Assembly: GCF_964355755.1 (NCBI RefSeq)
Contig: NC_092671.1
Location: forward strand, 5,890,001 to 5,954,000
Length of the DNA: 64,000 nt
Source of the DNA: Antedon mediterranea
Lineage: Eukaryota > Animalia > Echinodermata
Reading direction: 5' to 3'
In this document: positions 47,401-62,400 of the stretch, piece by piece
How the letters are laid out: each line of letters opens with the position of its first letter
Position numbering within the stretch: position 1 is the stretch's first letter
The notes under the pieces: model-generated
What the model saw: the letters and a program-made list of their open reading frames with translations, nothing else
Told to the model about the DNA's origin: nothing
Databases searched by the model: none
Made by a program: the position numbers and the translations under genes

Positions 47401-50400
47401 TGCCAGTTCTTGTTCAGAAGACTAGACGGTATTGGACATTCAGTATCAACCATTTAAATTTAGGTATACGTTTATTTTTCATCTTTTTTTTTTCTAAACA
47501 TAGAAATATTAATATCTCTATTTCTGTTTTTGCAATGTCCAGATTGTTAGCTTGTGTTCAGACTGATTTAGCTACAGTAATATCAAATTCAATAGGATGT
47601 TGGCCTTGCGGCTTGCTTGATTAGATTATTACTTTGTCCTCCAATGGATGCCTATAGCCTGACCACTGAATGGTACAGTAGCTTCCTATCTAATAGTAAT
47701 ATCAGAACAATTTTTTTCCCACATTAAATGCATGTATTTCTAGTTTCATATTTTTCCTAAGATTTCAGTGAATACAGTAGGCCTATAGTACATTAGAGAT
47801 ACTATGTGCATTCTCCATGATTCTCCTCAACAACAATTGGATTCAATTCACCCAGTATGAAGAAGAAAAATAGTAACATTTGGTTCTACAGTTGAAAACT
47901 TCATATAAATGTTAGTATGCACATTGCAAGTCTTACTTCTGTTTGATGTAGCTATCTGGAAAATGGTACAACATTTTGGCTTCCTCAGTCACCTTCCTTG
48001 ACTGTCAGATTTTACTAAGTAAAGTACATACAGTACTAGGTAGTTTTGTAAATAATACATAGTCGTACTTTAGCAAAGTTAAGTAAAAGCTAGCTCATTC
48101 TAACACTAGGTATTCTAAAGCTTATTACACTACAGTAAGCTTTGTTTTGTTTTCATTTTTAAGTCGTAGTAAAATTCTCTTTTAAAAAGCTGCATAGTGT
48201 GATGAGTATTAATCTTTGCGGTTGGGAGGAAATGTTTTCAATTACGTCAAGACAGGAGGAAGGTTGTCTAACCACTGTTGTTACTCTCTCAGACCATTAC
48301 ACACTTAACTTGTGCGTGTGTAAGTCAGGACTACTGCTTGGGTGCAATCGGCTATTGGATTAAATCCCATACTTTATTAATTAAAGATTGGACATATTTT
48401 GTGTGAATTTGAGGTAATGTTATAAAGTAATTGTTTTTGTTTGTCAAATATAAAGCTGTACAACAGGGCAGTGAACATTTTAACTTAGAGATATACTGTT
48501 AGTACCTATAGTTTTTAAACTACTTTACATTATCCATCTCAAACTCTTTCAAGTAAGTGTTTATTTCAAATGTGTACCTAATCACAATAAGTTTATAATT
48601 AGTATACAACATTTTTTCTACTGTAGAGATAGTAAACCTTTTTTACCTCTGATAACACAGTCCAGTCTGCGAACATGTTTTATTGTTCTCAACTGATTCG
48701 TGGCGTTATTATGTTTTACATAAAAGTTTCTGCCAATCAGGACTGGGGATTGTTTTCGTCATTTTCAAATGGCAAAATGTAAGTTTTGAGGGTAATTTAT
48801 TTCTCTATTTTATAGCCATATTGGATCACAACTTGTTAGACCTGTGATTCATTGTGGCCTTCTCAGGACTTTACCAGGAGATTGTTCATAAAATCCCAGA
48901 TGTACTGTACTATAAACATTTGTTTAATGCAATAATTAACAATTATTAACAATTATTAATCATTTATTCAATAGTATGTAGGCCACTGGCCAAAGTACAA
49001 TAATATATAATTAATACAACATACATCTAGATTTGAATAGTTACTGCACTAGTAGTAACAGCAAGATAATTTTCATCATAAAGAAATCTAAATTGTTCAG
49101 TATGAAGTTAGCATGAATTACACCCAAGTTTGTTTTCAGTTTCTATCAAGTTTACTTTAAATATGTAGAACATTTATCATTTGACAGTATAATATAATAC
49201 TGTACTGTAGGCTTAATTTATAGCAATTAAGTTATCTCAAATATGTACAGTAACCTTTTAATATGCTTTTATTTTTTACATGACGTAAAATACCAGTCTT
49301 CCTCTAGATATTATTTTTAATTCACCTTCCCCCAGACACGTTCCGTTTTAAGTATACAGTACATTAGACAATTTATTCTATGCCAAGTTTTCTAGGCTTT
49401 CCTATGGACATATTTCCAGTCGGTAACCGTTCACTGAACCTAACGATAATATTATCCAGTTTAAAAACAGAAAGTGACAAAATTATAGTCTAGATTGTAT
49501 TTTTGGGGATTTATTGTAGGATTTTACTATGCCCACCATACTGACTGTAGACATTGATGATCAGTGTTCATTTTGATTAAGCTCTGTCTACACTATCAAA
49601 CTTTATGTGATGATTTATGTGCCCATATGGACATGATGATGTCATACCTGTATCACTACTATATTTGGGCATATCACTACCGTATTTGGGGACATCAAAC
49701 TTTTCTGTCAAACTACAGTAGTTTATTAGTGTACATTAGACAGAGCTTAAGAAGTAACTCAGTGGGTCACCTTCAATAAATATGAACTGAAATAATTATG
49801 TTTTATAGTACAGAAGAAGTAGGTACAGTACGGTATATGAAAATGATGATGTCATATCACTACATTACAGTATTTAGGCATATCACTACCATATTTGGGG
49901 GCATGACACTTTTTTTGTCAAACAACATAATTTGTTATACTCAACACAATATTGTATGTCCACTTCCCATTTTACTAATACTATCTTGTATGTTAATGAC
50001 CTCCCGAACCCAGGTTTTTTAACAATGACACTTCATGCATGATAAACCGCATGAATACACTAAATGGGCGTTTTCATTTTGGGATTTTCCGAAATACCTC
50101 TTCTTTTGTTATAAACACTCCTGTATATCCTATTCATTCTTTTGTATGGAGTAATTCATTGATAGCAAATGGAACCACAATTAATTAATACTATCAACTG
50201 GAACTATTTAAACAAATTATTTTAGAGATTGACCATAGCATCTTTGTCTATTCATACACTATTTAGTATAGTAGTTGTACAGTACATGTTGATTACTATT
50301 GAACTGCTTTACAGTACTTCGATAACTAGACAGGAAGAGTAGAATTAAGCCACAATTTATCTATAAATAATCACTTTGTTATTTCTGTAATTATTTCTGC

Positions 50401-53400
50401 TGCCCTGTATAATAATCTTATTGTTTGTATGAGTTGCAAATATAGGCTGTATACTTTCAATTAATAAGTAGACTAATTGTATAAAGTGTATTAGTATTGT
50501 TGTACAGTATAGTGTAATGCACACATAAGTTTGTATGCTACTAACTACTGTAAGTCACTGCAGTAGATTTAATGTACCACACATTTAACTATATATCCTA
50601 CTTGACACTCCTAACCCAAGAATTGGTAATCATTAACTGCAAGGCCTGGGTCACACTAGCGAACTTTAATAACACTAAGCTTACACTTAGCTAACACTAA
50701 CAATCAGCTTAAACTGATAGTATCGTGCGTGAGAACGCACGATCCGATAGCTCGATCCAGCTTGCATAATCAGGATAGGCTACTGTATCCAGATTGCGAA
50801 TGGTTAGAGGTTTGACTTTCATTTCATTAACAGCTTTCATTTGACACTGATATTCCATGACCATTGAAATTACCATTTACATACAGTACATCACATAGTG
50901 TAAATTTCATATACAGTTCAGCAAAGAACGGATATATTTCTATATCATTAAAGACACCTTACCTACAATTTGTGACGTTTTGTAAAAATAATACATATTA
51001 CTTTAAACCATGTCATTCCTTGTCTTAAATGTACGTTTTATGGTACTGTAAATTATGATAAAAAGTGAGAAACAATGCACTACCTAAGTAGCTCGCGGCG
51101 GTCAACCTCTCGTGGACGGTCTTTTAGTTTTGTAGGCCTAGCTGGTAAACATCGGTAACGTACGAACATCGTACGCTAGCTATATACCTAGCCTGAAGTT
51201 GTATAGTTGCTGCATTAATTGTCTTTCTATTTTTGCCAGACTCCGTTAATACAAATTAGGGAAAACCCGGTATTTTCGCTGAAAAGTTAGGAGTCTTTCA
51301 TTTTTTTTACCCTCACGATCGATCGAAAAGTGGGCGAATTACATGTGAAAAACAAAAATATCAATCCACGCGCAATGCATTTTGGGATTTATAGCGGGCC
51401 GCTATAATTATTAGAATCGACTTATTTTTCACATTTTTAACCGTTTAAAGACGAAAAAAGTTATCGCAATATGACCATATAGTATTATTTTTACATTAAA
51501 TATAGTTTGTGATCTTAAATTAGATCTAAAAAACGTAGGGAAGGGGGCTTTAATGTTTCTCTTTTTTTTGTTCCTTATTAAAATCAAGGCAAGAATTTAA
51601 TTGTAATTGATAATATGACTAATCTAAAATAAATTTAATATGGTTGCGTGCAATCCAAATTAATGGTTAATAAAATGACTACATTTAAATGTAAATGTTA
51701 AATCATTGATGACTTTAATGGCTCAACATGGGTCATGTGTTATCAATTGAACAAACTTTGCAACAACATTTTACCTTTCACTGGAAATGATCAATGTCCG
51801 AAACATAAATTTATGATTATCTGTTGTAATAATAAGGTTTCGCAACCTTACGAATACGATAACGAAAACGGATACGTCACACATTGTGAAACTTTTGAGC
51901 TGATCCCCATTTCATATTCGTAAAGCGTATTCATGTAGACGAATATCACCAGTCATATTCGTAAAACGAGTATAGTTTTTGATCTATTTTGCACATTTTG
52001 CATTTGAATCAGGAATGATTCATGATTATATAATATAATTATAGATTTATTGAAAGTAATTTACTAAAGTAATTTACTAAAATGCCAGGTCAATTTTGAT
52101 AAATAGCAGTTTTTAAAGTCCTCACTCGCTTTGATGTTACGCTAGGCCTAGGCAGCCTACGCAGCCAAGCACCAGGCAACACGTACCTGTGCTTCGCTCA
52201 AATTTACCGCAGTCATATTTTGGACGGCGCCCTCAATATTTCGTTACCATGCGAAACAGATTTTTACTGTCTTACGAAAAACGAATACGTGTGGGTGACG
52301 TATCCATTTTCGTTATCGTATTCGTAAGATTGCAAAACCTCTCTATTAGTAATATTACAGTGTACACCATCTTTAAAGAATTTTAAAGCAGATTTAAAGT
52401 CCTACATAAAAATACTAAATATTCTTTAGTACTGTGTGTAATTTTTTTTAAATGTATTGGTTGGAACGTGTGTGTGACTAAAGAATTTTGGAAAACATAC
52501 CCAGAAACGTCATTTGAATTTTTAAGTATTTTTTTGTTGTCTACAATCAAATTCTAATTATTCTATTTCATTAATTATATTATTTTTATGTAGTTTTACC
52601 TTTCTCAGAGACGTTTTAAAATGCTTTTGAAAATCAAATCTATTTCTGACTTCTGACTTCATTTTAGTAGTACTGTACAGCAACTGTAGTTTATGAGAAA
52701 AACATGAACACTTAGGGAATATAAATAATTACATTAGGAAAAGTGTCTAATGTGTGATATGAAAACGATTTGGCAATGTTCAATATGGTACAATATGTGT
52801 GGGAGTATTGTGTGTGTGTGTGCTGAGGGTGCGGGAAAAGATTGTTTTGTATAAAATGTCTTTAGATACATTTAAATAGTTTTTATTTTCTCTAGGCTAG
52901 TCTTTGTGAAATGTACTAGGCCACATTGTATGTTTTGGGCGAGGGTTTCCAATGTACTGTACAGTATCTACAGTTACCTGTAAATTATTAGATTTTTTTA
53001 TGTAAATTGTTTTTAATCAGTATGAACAAATCATAAGAAACAAAACCTTAATTGTTGGAGATAATAATATTATATGATATTTCTGACTTACGGTCAGTCA
53101 TGGTCTGATCATATCCAGTGTCCTTGTATTTCGAGTAGCCATCTCTTCCCATGAGAGTCTTCTAGTCATATTAATATAATCTAATATTGGTAATTTTTTC
53201 ACCATTTTTTTTTTACACCATGAGGAAACATTCGTATTCTGCATATTACTCATCAGAATGACCAAATTAAATTTACACTCTGAATATGGGAGGTTTGTTT
53301 TTGACAACAGGGCATTATAGTATGAATAGATCAACTGAAATGTAAAAACAATTTTAATAGTACTACTATGCACCACATACTGTACACTTTCACTCACCCT

Positions 53401-56400
53401 ATTTTTACCTTAGCTACTGTACTACCTTTTATTTATTAATTAATTGTAACGTTGTCTAGGCCTACACTGAAGATAAAGTCATCTGTACAGTGTATAGATT
53501 GTAGAGTACATAAAAGCGTTATTGTATTAAAAAAAATGTGTATTGTGTACACTGTAAAATAGATTATTACAGTAGCAAATTGTATACAATAGGTTATGTC
53601 ATTGCCAAGATCATTGCCGAGTAAACATATATTATTATTGTGCTTACATGGTTCTAGCTTTATAGTTGACTTAGGGTAAGTTCAGATCCATGGAGTTATG
53701 CTTTCGTATCGCAAGCAATGTCATATTGTAATTAGCATCGTAACAGCAAAGAAACCGATTTGCTTACAGTAACTAACGCTTTCATTAGAAACTAAAGTGT
53801 TACTGATTTTGCAGAACATCTGGTATGCAGGAGTAAATTTGATTGGTTAGAGGTCAAAATCGTTGACGCATGACTGTCGTATCGTAAGCGTTGTTCACTA
53901 ATCTTGTACATTGAGCTGTCGTAACGAACGAAAGATCAGTGTCATAAGAGGTGGCTTTCATTAATCTTTTCAGGTTCAGACCTATGGAGTTGTACGCCAC
54001 GTACGATGTGGAAGCATAACTCCGTAGTGTCTGAACAGGCCCTTAGTCTTTGGTATAAGCCCCCTCATTATTATTATTCATTGCTTTTTAACATGTTACC
54101 TATTAATAATTATTAAATAATAGTATAAAACCGGTTATTTCTCCATATTTTTAGGCTCACCAACAGATGTGTTTTTTGATACAAGAACAAAAGCCGTAAT
54201 GACACACGTTAGCAAGCACTCAAATGAACAACTCAAGGAAAAGGTAAATTGGTTTTAATTTAACTAACTATTGAAAATATTTATCTAACAAGAATAACAG
54301 TTGTTGGGCTAAAAACAATTGCTAGCTAAAAAAACAGATTTTGCTAGCAATAAAATACTAAAAAGTCACAGGGTTGTCAGCACCTGGACCGAGAATCGAT
54401 GAGATTTGGTCCGACAATGATGACTGCCAAACCAAACTCGCATTAACATATATCAGACTGTAGGTCTTATAGTAAGTTGTCACAAATTGAAAGCTCCCTA
54501 ATTATATTGTCAATTATTCTTCTATTTAAAATTAAGATGACAGTAAAACAATTTCCATTTTTCTTTCTGACTTTCCTTCTACTCCTACTACATGCAACTG
54601 ACTGATCCCTTTCTATTTTTGTCTTCACTTAATCCCTACTTGTGTTATTCACATTTTTTTCCTTATCTTCCTTTTCCTGTTTACCTTCTTTCCCTCTTAC
54701 CATAGCTTTTCTACTTTGAACTAATCTCCTCCTACTACTTCCTGATTGGTTTGTCTATTTGAGAATTCTTACCACAAATTTCGTAATTTCTTAATTTTTT
54801 TTTTCATATCTTCTGCATTAAAAAAAATGTGATTGTGTTTGCCATTTCTAAAGCCATTCTCAAAGGGAGGTTCTGATATCCTTCTAAACGTACCAGTATG
54901 GTTACCTATCTGAAAAGGTCATGCGGGAAAAAAGGGTATCATCCTTACAGTGTATGGTTTATTATATACACACAAATAGATTTGATTGGAGGATTTTCCG
55001 TCACATGATGTTCAATAATTATTTTATTCCTCGACCTTCTTTAGAGATTTTTAAACAATGTTTCAGTTATAAAGCGCCTATGTATTTTAATATGATTCCT
55101 AAAATCATTCGACAATCTGAAAATGTTATTTCCTTTAAACGTGAACTTAAACAATTTATTTCCAGTTAATATTGTTCGTACTATGTATATATATATATAT
55201 ATATATTTTTTTTCTGTCAACGATTTTAACTTTTATATGAATTTTATATAATCATTGTAAATTTTTAAGCCTTTAATATATTTTATGTCATTTGAATATT
55301 TAATATTTTATGTGTTGTACTGTATGTTTGTTTTATCGAGGGCCCTGAATGATCAGTTCTATTAGGAACTGGATAGGCTACCCTCAGTAAATATGGTAAT
55401 AAATAAATAAATAAATAAATAGTTGCATGTACTGTACTATTGAACTCCTACGTCAGAGTACATATGCTTGTTGTGTGTGAGCAACCAAAATGTGTGTACT
55501 GTAGTGTCTATAATTGTTCAACTCCAAGAAGGGATATTTTTGTTGATTTACCTTTAAAGGTTAAGCCTTGTGCAATTTGTATGGGACAAACTAGTAGTTT
55601 AGAAATGCCTTTCCACCAATTTCCTGGTAATCTCTCGTAGATTGATATTAAATTGAAATTTAAATGGGATAAGCTTGAACTGTCACAATGCCATATGCTA
55701 CATTATATCATTATTGTGTATCTTACGACATTACGACAACACAACAACGCAGTCACTTCTTACTGACCCCTAAATACTGTACTCTACAGGAAACCAGACA
55801 AATAGGTTTAGACAATACACTTGCTTTGATTTATATCAGAAAAATTACGATCACAGTCTGGTGTTAAATCCAATGTAGCCTACTGTATGGTAGTAAACGT
55901 CAAATTACAGCTGGAACAAATATGAAAAGGAAACCTTGGTATTATTCAGTGAAGAGGTTGTAATCTTCCCTGGTATTAATATACAATAACTTACAATTAT
56001 TTATATGTAATACTATTTGTTTATTTGGATGCACTTTGACAGGCTTATAATAGAACAGTACAGTACTGTACTACAGTAAGCCCAAACAAAATGTCCCCTG
56101 AATTGAGTGTTTAAAGCATAAATTTCCTTGTTGATTTCACAAGAAACGGTCGTTTTTATAGAGATGTCCCAAAGTCAGGTTTTACTGTACTGTACAGTTA
56201 ATAAATAATTATGTACCAAAAGAGTACAGAATATATAATAAATATGAATCCCAAAATAAACACTTACTAGATAATGGTTTGATTATTGTTAAAGTTATTA
56301 TAGACTGTACTACTTATGGTGCTAATTGTTAGTAGACAACAGTACATGTAGTTTGAGTATTGTGCATTGTATCATTCTGTATATTAATATTAATCTGGTT

Positions 56401-59400
56401 ACATGTAAATAACACTTCTTTTACAACCACTAAAATTCAAACTACATTGTTGCTGCAACAACCGAATTATTAAAATATTGATTTTTTTTATTAAAATTAT
56501 AGAGATTATTACGTTAGTACAATGAAAATTTCTAAGAAATTTTAATAATAGTCTATTCCATTGTAAAGTATTATGAATAGAAATTTATAATAATTGGGTT
56601 ATGTTAAAGATGTATTGTCCCCCTGAAAAAATAATTCTTAAACAATTTTTGGTTGAATATACCTCTTTAATGTCACTTAATAGTTGTCTTTGACCAAAAA
56701 TTGAATCGGGGAAAAAAAATGTATTTACCTAAAAAACTGTAATTTAAAGTAAAAAGTAGTCAAATTGACTGCCAGCCAATGGGTTTTTGGTTGAATTTAA
56801 CCATTTATTTTGTCATTTTATAAATGAAAACATTAATTTTGTTCCTTTTTTTTCTACGGAAGTGTTTAACTTGATTAAACTACAAAAATAATCTATTCAA
56901 AGTCTGATTTTATTAATCTTTATTTTTCCTGTTTTTGAGGGACAATACATCTTTAAATTGCTGTTTTTCTTGCAGATTGCTACTGTTCGTGAAGTAGTAC
57001 CAAATAAGAGCAATGATGAGATAGTCCTTGTTTTGCAGCATTTTGATGATGATCCTGAAAAAGCTATCCAATCATTCACTGAGGGTAAATTAACTTATAG
57101 TACATTCAAATAGATATAATTTGACGATTTGAATTGTGTCTATTATTTTTATCTTTCTGAATTCCATATTTTGGAAGATTTATAGATTATAAACATGATA
57201 CTACTGTAATAATGTAAACTTCCACTTTCTACCCTTTTGATAATCTGTGACACGCAGCTTTACTGGGCTAAATTGCACAAAGGTATGGACAACACAACTT
57301 CCATCTTCCCTTTGGCTACCTTCGTGTCTTTAAGTTACCAACGGCAAGGCACTCATTCGTATTTATTTGAATAAACAGTATAAAAAAAGTACAGTAATGT
57401 CAAACATTGAATTGTACTACAATTAGAAATGTGTTGGATGGCAATATTGTGTAGATAATGCATGTGACTGGGGGGTTTATTCGAGTAAATAAATGAAGGC
57501 CTTGGGGGACCTTTATTATTATTCAAAATGATTTTCTATGGGGGGGGGGGGGGGTGTAGGGTGAGGGGTGTGTTTATTCAAAGCGGGGTGTTCGAATAAA
57601 TATCTTAATGTGTAGAAAAGGAAGGTCCTATCCTTGTGTCCTCTTATCCTATTAATGTCCTTTAGCCTACTGATCTAACAAATGTGATTATAGAAGGATA
57701 ACAATTATTTGAAATGATACCAAGTAGAGGTGGCATGCAGAGGATACTGTACGCTCCCCTCTAAATTCACCAATATTCTAATTTCTAAATTAAAAATTCC
57801 TTTCCATAAAGCAAGCAAGCAAATTCTGCTGTTCATATTGAGCTAGTGTCAATGGATTTCATATCCCTCTGTGATTGTAGCCAAACTAAAGATGTCATAA
57901 TTGACTTAATACAGGGTTGTATGTAGTGACATACTTTGAAAATCAGCAGACATTGACTTGCTTCTAGGCACATAGCCAATGATTTTTATTAGGAATAAGT
58001 TTACAGGAAAGGTGGTAACCCAAACATAATACATGATAAACTATGTCACATTCACAGATTTGTGAATGAATTTTTTTTAAAGAAAAATTATAATTTAATG
58101 AAATATATTGGAATTTTATGACACCAAGCTGTGTATAATGTTGGTATAACCTTATTTATAATGATAAAATACTTATGAACTTTGAGAAATGACACTGTTT
58201 TATGCAGTATACAGTAATACTCTAATGTTAACCATTGAATGAAAATAGGCCTAATGAAAAGGAAATAGTATGTTTCAGTGGTTTGTAGTTCATATAATTT
58301 TGAGAATCTACAGTATTGTAAATTGAATAATTGAGGTTTTACCCCAATCAGTGGGATGCCATGTATTGCTTCCATCCACACCCTGTCTGCCCTCTCGTAA
58401 CTCCTTTAATTTTTTTCCTTAAGTTAGTTTTCATGACAGATCCCAGCTTCTTTTTTTTTACAGATACATGTGAAAACATAGTTTCTGTTTCAATTTATTG
58501 ACAGATGCAGTAAATTGTTTTTTGTATGGTGATAATTCAATAGTTAATGTGATTTCCATGAATATAGATTTTTATGTGCTTTAAGTGAGTGGATTTTTCA
58601 AGGGTAAAAAGGCTCATTTTACTGCAAAAATATGACTGTTAGCACAGTATCATTTACCACCATTTATTCTTTTCTATACTGAAACAACTTACAATAAGCT
58701 CAGTGATGAATCACTGTGTGAGAAGGCCCAGATTCAAAGCTCATCTTATTGTACTGTATGTTCACACGGTTTGTTCGGCGTAAAGCTGATGTCGTACGTG
58801 TGAACATACCCTTAGGCTTACAAGAAGGGCCATAGAGAACATAGTCAAGCTCCCAATGTTTATGAATACTATTTAAATATTGAGTAGGCCTATAGTCATA
58901 ATTTTAATGATTTTTTTTTAAAGTGAATCACATTTCCTTTGATATCAAAAGATAACATTGCTGTAGATTTAATACCAATTCACATGAACCATGGAATTCC
59001 TCTATGCATAAATAATCTGGTGCTTCTATTATAATACCACAATGTATGCTACATACATTGTATATACAGTAGTTAATTCAAACTTTTGTACAGAAATGTA
59101 CTGTAGAAAAAAAATTCTGTGTAAATTGACAATTGTCATGACTGTTGGTGGTTTTTGTAAGAGTCCTATGTTTTTTTTAGAGTTCCATAATTTTAGAGAG
59201 TCCTACGGGTTTTAGAGAGTCCTATGGTTTTTAGGGAGTCATATGGTTTTTAGAGAGTCCTAATGGTTTTTAGTGAGTCATATGGTTTTGAGTGAGTCAT
59301 ATGGTCTGGAGAAGAGTTCTATGGTTTTTAGAGAGTCCTAATGGTTTTTAGTGAGTCATATGGTTTTGAGTGAGTCATATGGTCTGGAGAAGAGTTCTAT

Positions 59401-62400
59401 GGTTTTTAGAGAGTCCTAATGGTTTTTAGTGAGTCATATGGTTTTGAGTGAGTCATATGGTCTGGAGAAGAGTTCTATGGTTTTTAGAGAGTCCTAATGG
59501 TTTTTAGAGAGTCATATGGTTTTGAGTGAGTCATATGGTCTGGAGAAGAGTTCTATGGTTTTTAGAGAGTCCTAATGGTTTTTATAGAGTCATATGGTTT
59601 TGAGTGAGTCATATGGTCTGGAGAAGAGTTCTATGGTTTTTAGAGAGTCCTAATGGTTTTTAGGGAGTCATATGGATTTAGAGAGTCATATGGTCTGGAG
59701 AAGAGTTCTATGGTTTTTAGAGAGTCCTAATGGTTTTTAGGGAGTCATATGGTTTTGAGTGAGTCATATGGTCTGGAGAAGAGTTCTATGGTTTTTACAG
59801 AGTCAATGGTTTTTAGGAGAGTCCTAGTATGATTTTGAGAAAAGTCCCTATAGTTTTTTGGGGAGAGTCTTGTTGTTTTTGGAATAGTCCTATGGTTTTA
59901 AGGATTGGCATTTAGTAGAGTTGGAAGGTCATCAGCCTTGTATCTGCAAAATTCTAAATAATTATACAACAATGAAACAATGGACTTTTATGCTTTAGAA
60001 AGTGAAAGAATACTGTTGAATACACAAGTAATTGAAAACAATGCTGCACAACAGCTTTGTGTTAATTAACATCAATCTTTGAAATAAATCGCCCTATTCA
60101 CAATATTTAAATTCAACAATGTGGGGGGATAGCTGGGGGGATAGCTGAGCTAAATTGCGCACAGGTGGGGACAACTCATACAACAATTTTTTTCTCCCCT
60201 AAGGTGTGGAGCGTCGTCACCAAACAGGAAATCCTGTTAAGAGTACCGATGATCGGGGGCGGGCTAATGTTGGCTTACAGTACGTGATGATTAAAATTGA
60301 ATAGATTCACGTACTGTACATTATAATTTTAGATCGTTTTGCAAGAAAATGAAAAATTCAAATACAGTATATCTAAAATAAAATTTACCAGTATAACTCC
60401 AAATGGTAAACATACTGTATATAATTAGAGATGGATTGGATTAATAGGAAACAGAGAATTGTGAGACCTTTATTGCTATAGGAAGTTTTTGTTTCATTAC
60501 AGATGGTGCTGCAGAGGTATTAAATGAATGGAGTTACCAACGCAAGAAGGGAAAGGTTTGTGAAATTTTACTTATGTCAACAAATTGTTTGTCAACAACA
60601 TTTAAGTTCTGTCTACATTATCAGACTTTATGTGACAAAAAAATGTGATGTGCCATATATGCACATGATGATGTCATGATATTACTACCATATTTAGGCA
60701 TATCACACTTTTTTGTCAAACTAATTTGATAGTGAAACAGAGCTTTAGATTGAAACTATAAAAAGCCTTTTTAAAATATAGAAGACTGATACTCAAGTTG
60801 CAAGCAAGTCGAATTAAAATCATTTTAATGATATACTGTACATCGTCACCATCGTAGGCACAGTGGTTAATATACTCCATAGCCTTTAATTATATATTTG
60901 CAGTATGATATTTTATTATTAGTTTTTCCAACTTTGGCCAACCTTGGTCATCATATATTACGTTTTTAACAATAGAATTCACATATTAGAAGTAGAAATG
61001 GCATAAATGGTTTCCAAAAATCAGAATTTCTGAAAACAAGGCCCTTTAATAGTCATTATACCATTTTGTAATTAAGCATACACAACAAGCCATTATATTT
61101 ATAAACATAAAGTGCTTATCCTTCTGTGTGTACTATATTTAACCTTTTATACACTAATGGTGTAAACACTGATGGTAATCATATTCTGTCAAGTAATAAA
61201 ATTAATATATATAATCTGATTTCAATCATATTATCATAGTGACATAAATGAACATGAAATTTAGTCCCCTTTTCGTGATGTCCTTTTCAAGAGTATTAAA
61301 ATGTAGTGATTTTTGTTTCAAGATCAACAAAAGTTGTAACAATCATATTGTATATTGCAATGCATCTAAATTTTATTCTGACACATAATAAGAAATTTGT
61401 ATACAAGTGTAAAACAATAAAAATACTGTATAACACCTATTAAGGGGACACCAAACAAAGTGTCCCTTTGATAAGGGTTCCTGAATAGGAGCTGGCTGTA
61501 GTGTTAAACTAATATTGTTCCTTATTCCATTCATTGGAAAACGTGTCCTTTTAATAAGGTTTTCTCCTATTAAATATACCTTAATGGAGGTGTCCCGGAA
61601 AGTAGGGTTCTGTAATGTCTCGGACCACCATGTTTTTATAAGTTATTTTATTAAGAACTTTGACATCAGTGGTCTAATTTCCATACCCTCTCAATAGCCA
61701 CTTGTTTCTGTTTGCCATCCACAGTATTTGATGTACAGTACAGTAATAATATTATAGGAATTAACTACAATATTGATCTACCAATATTCAACTTTGCTAT
61801 ACTCTGTAATTTACCTATTGTAGAATGTATTGATTATTTAAATCCACAACAAAAACAAGATAGAATACTTTGTCAGTCTGTTTATTCTGCATATTTATTA
61901 CAAATATTCATTTACGGGATTTTTTTAGGTTTATAAATATAAATAATAATATAATATATAAGGGGCTGTGATGATTAAACCGATTCTTGGTCTTGTACTT
62001 TATGTATACTTTGTCTATTATTCATTTTCATACAGTAGTTTGGTAAAGTATATGTATTAAATTGCACATATGTATCACATGTGACAATCTACCACAACCA
62101 ATCTATAATATAATTTTTCACTATATTATTACTGGACACAGTATGTGGAGAAACAGTAGGCCTATATAGCGAATCCTGTGACTGATTATTTATGTTCCCA
62201 GTAGCTACAATATAGCCTTATTAAAACAAGAAATATTTCTTACAAAAAACGCCATTTGACTTTTTTACGTAAATAACAGTTTTAATTTATTTTTAATCTT
62301 TCATTGAAATTTTTGTAGAGTATGATACCAAATCCATTTTCAATGATAAGATCTGTTCAGAATTTGGTGGAATATATAATTGTTCTTATTAAGTATGAAA

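Noticed and set aside
57540-57570. G15 run as a G-quadruplex regulatory element
   Set aside because: An isolated homopolymer inside a decayed repeat-like stretch, with no other support.
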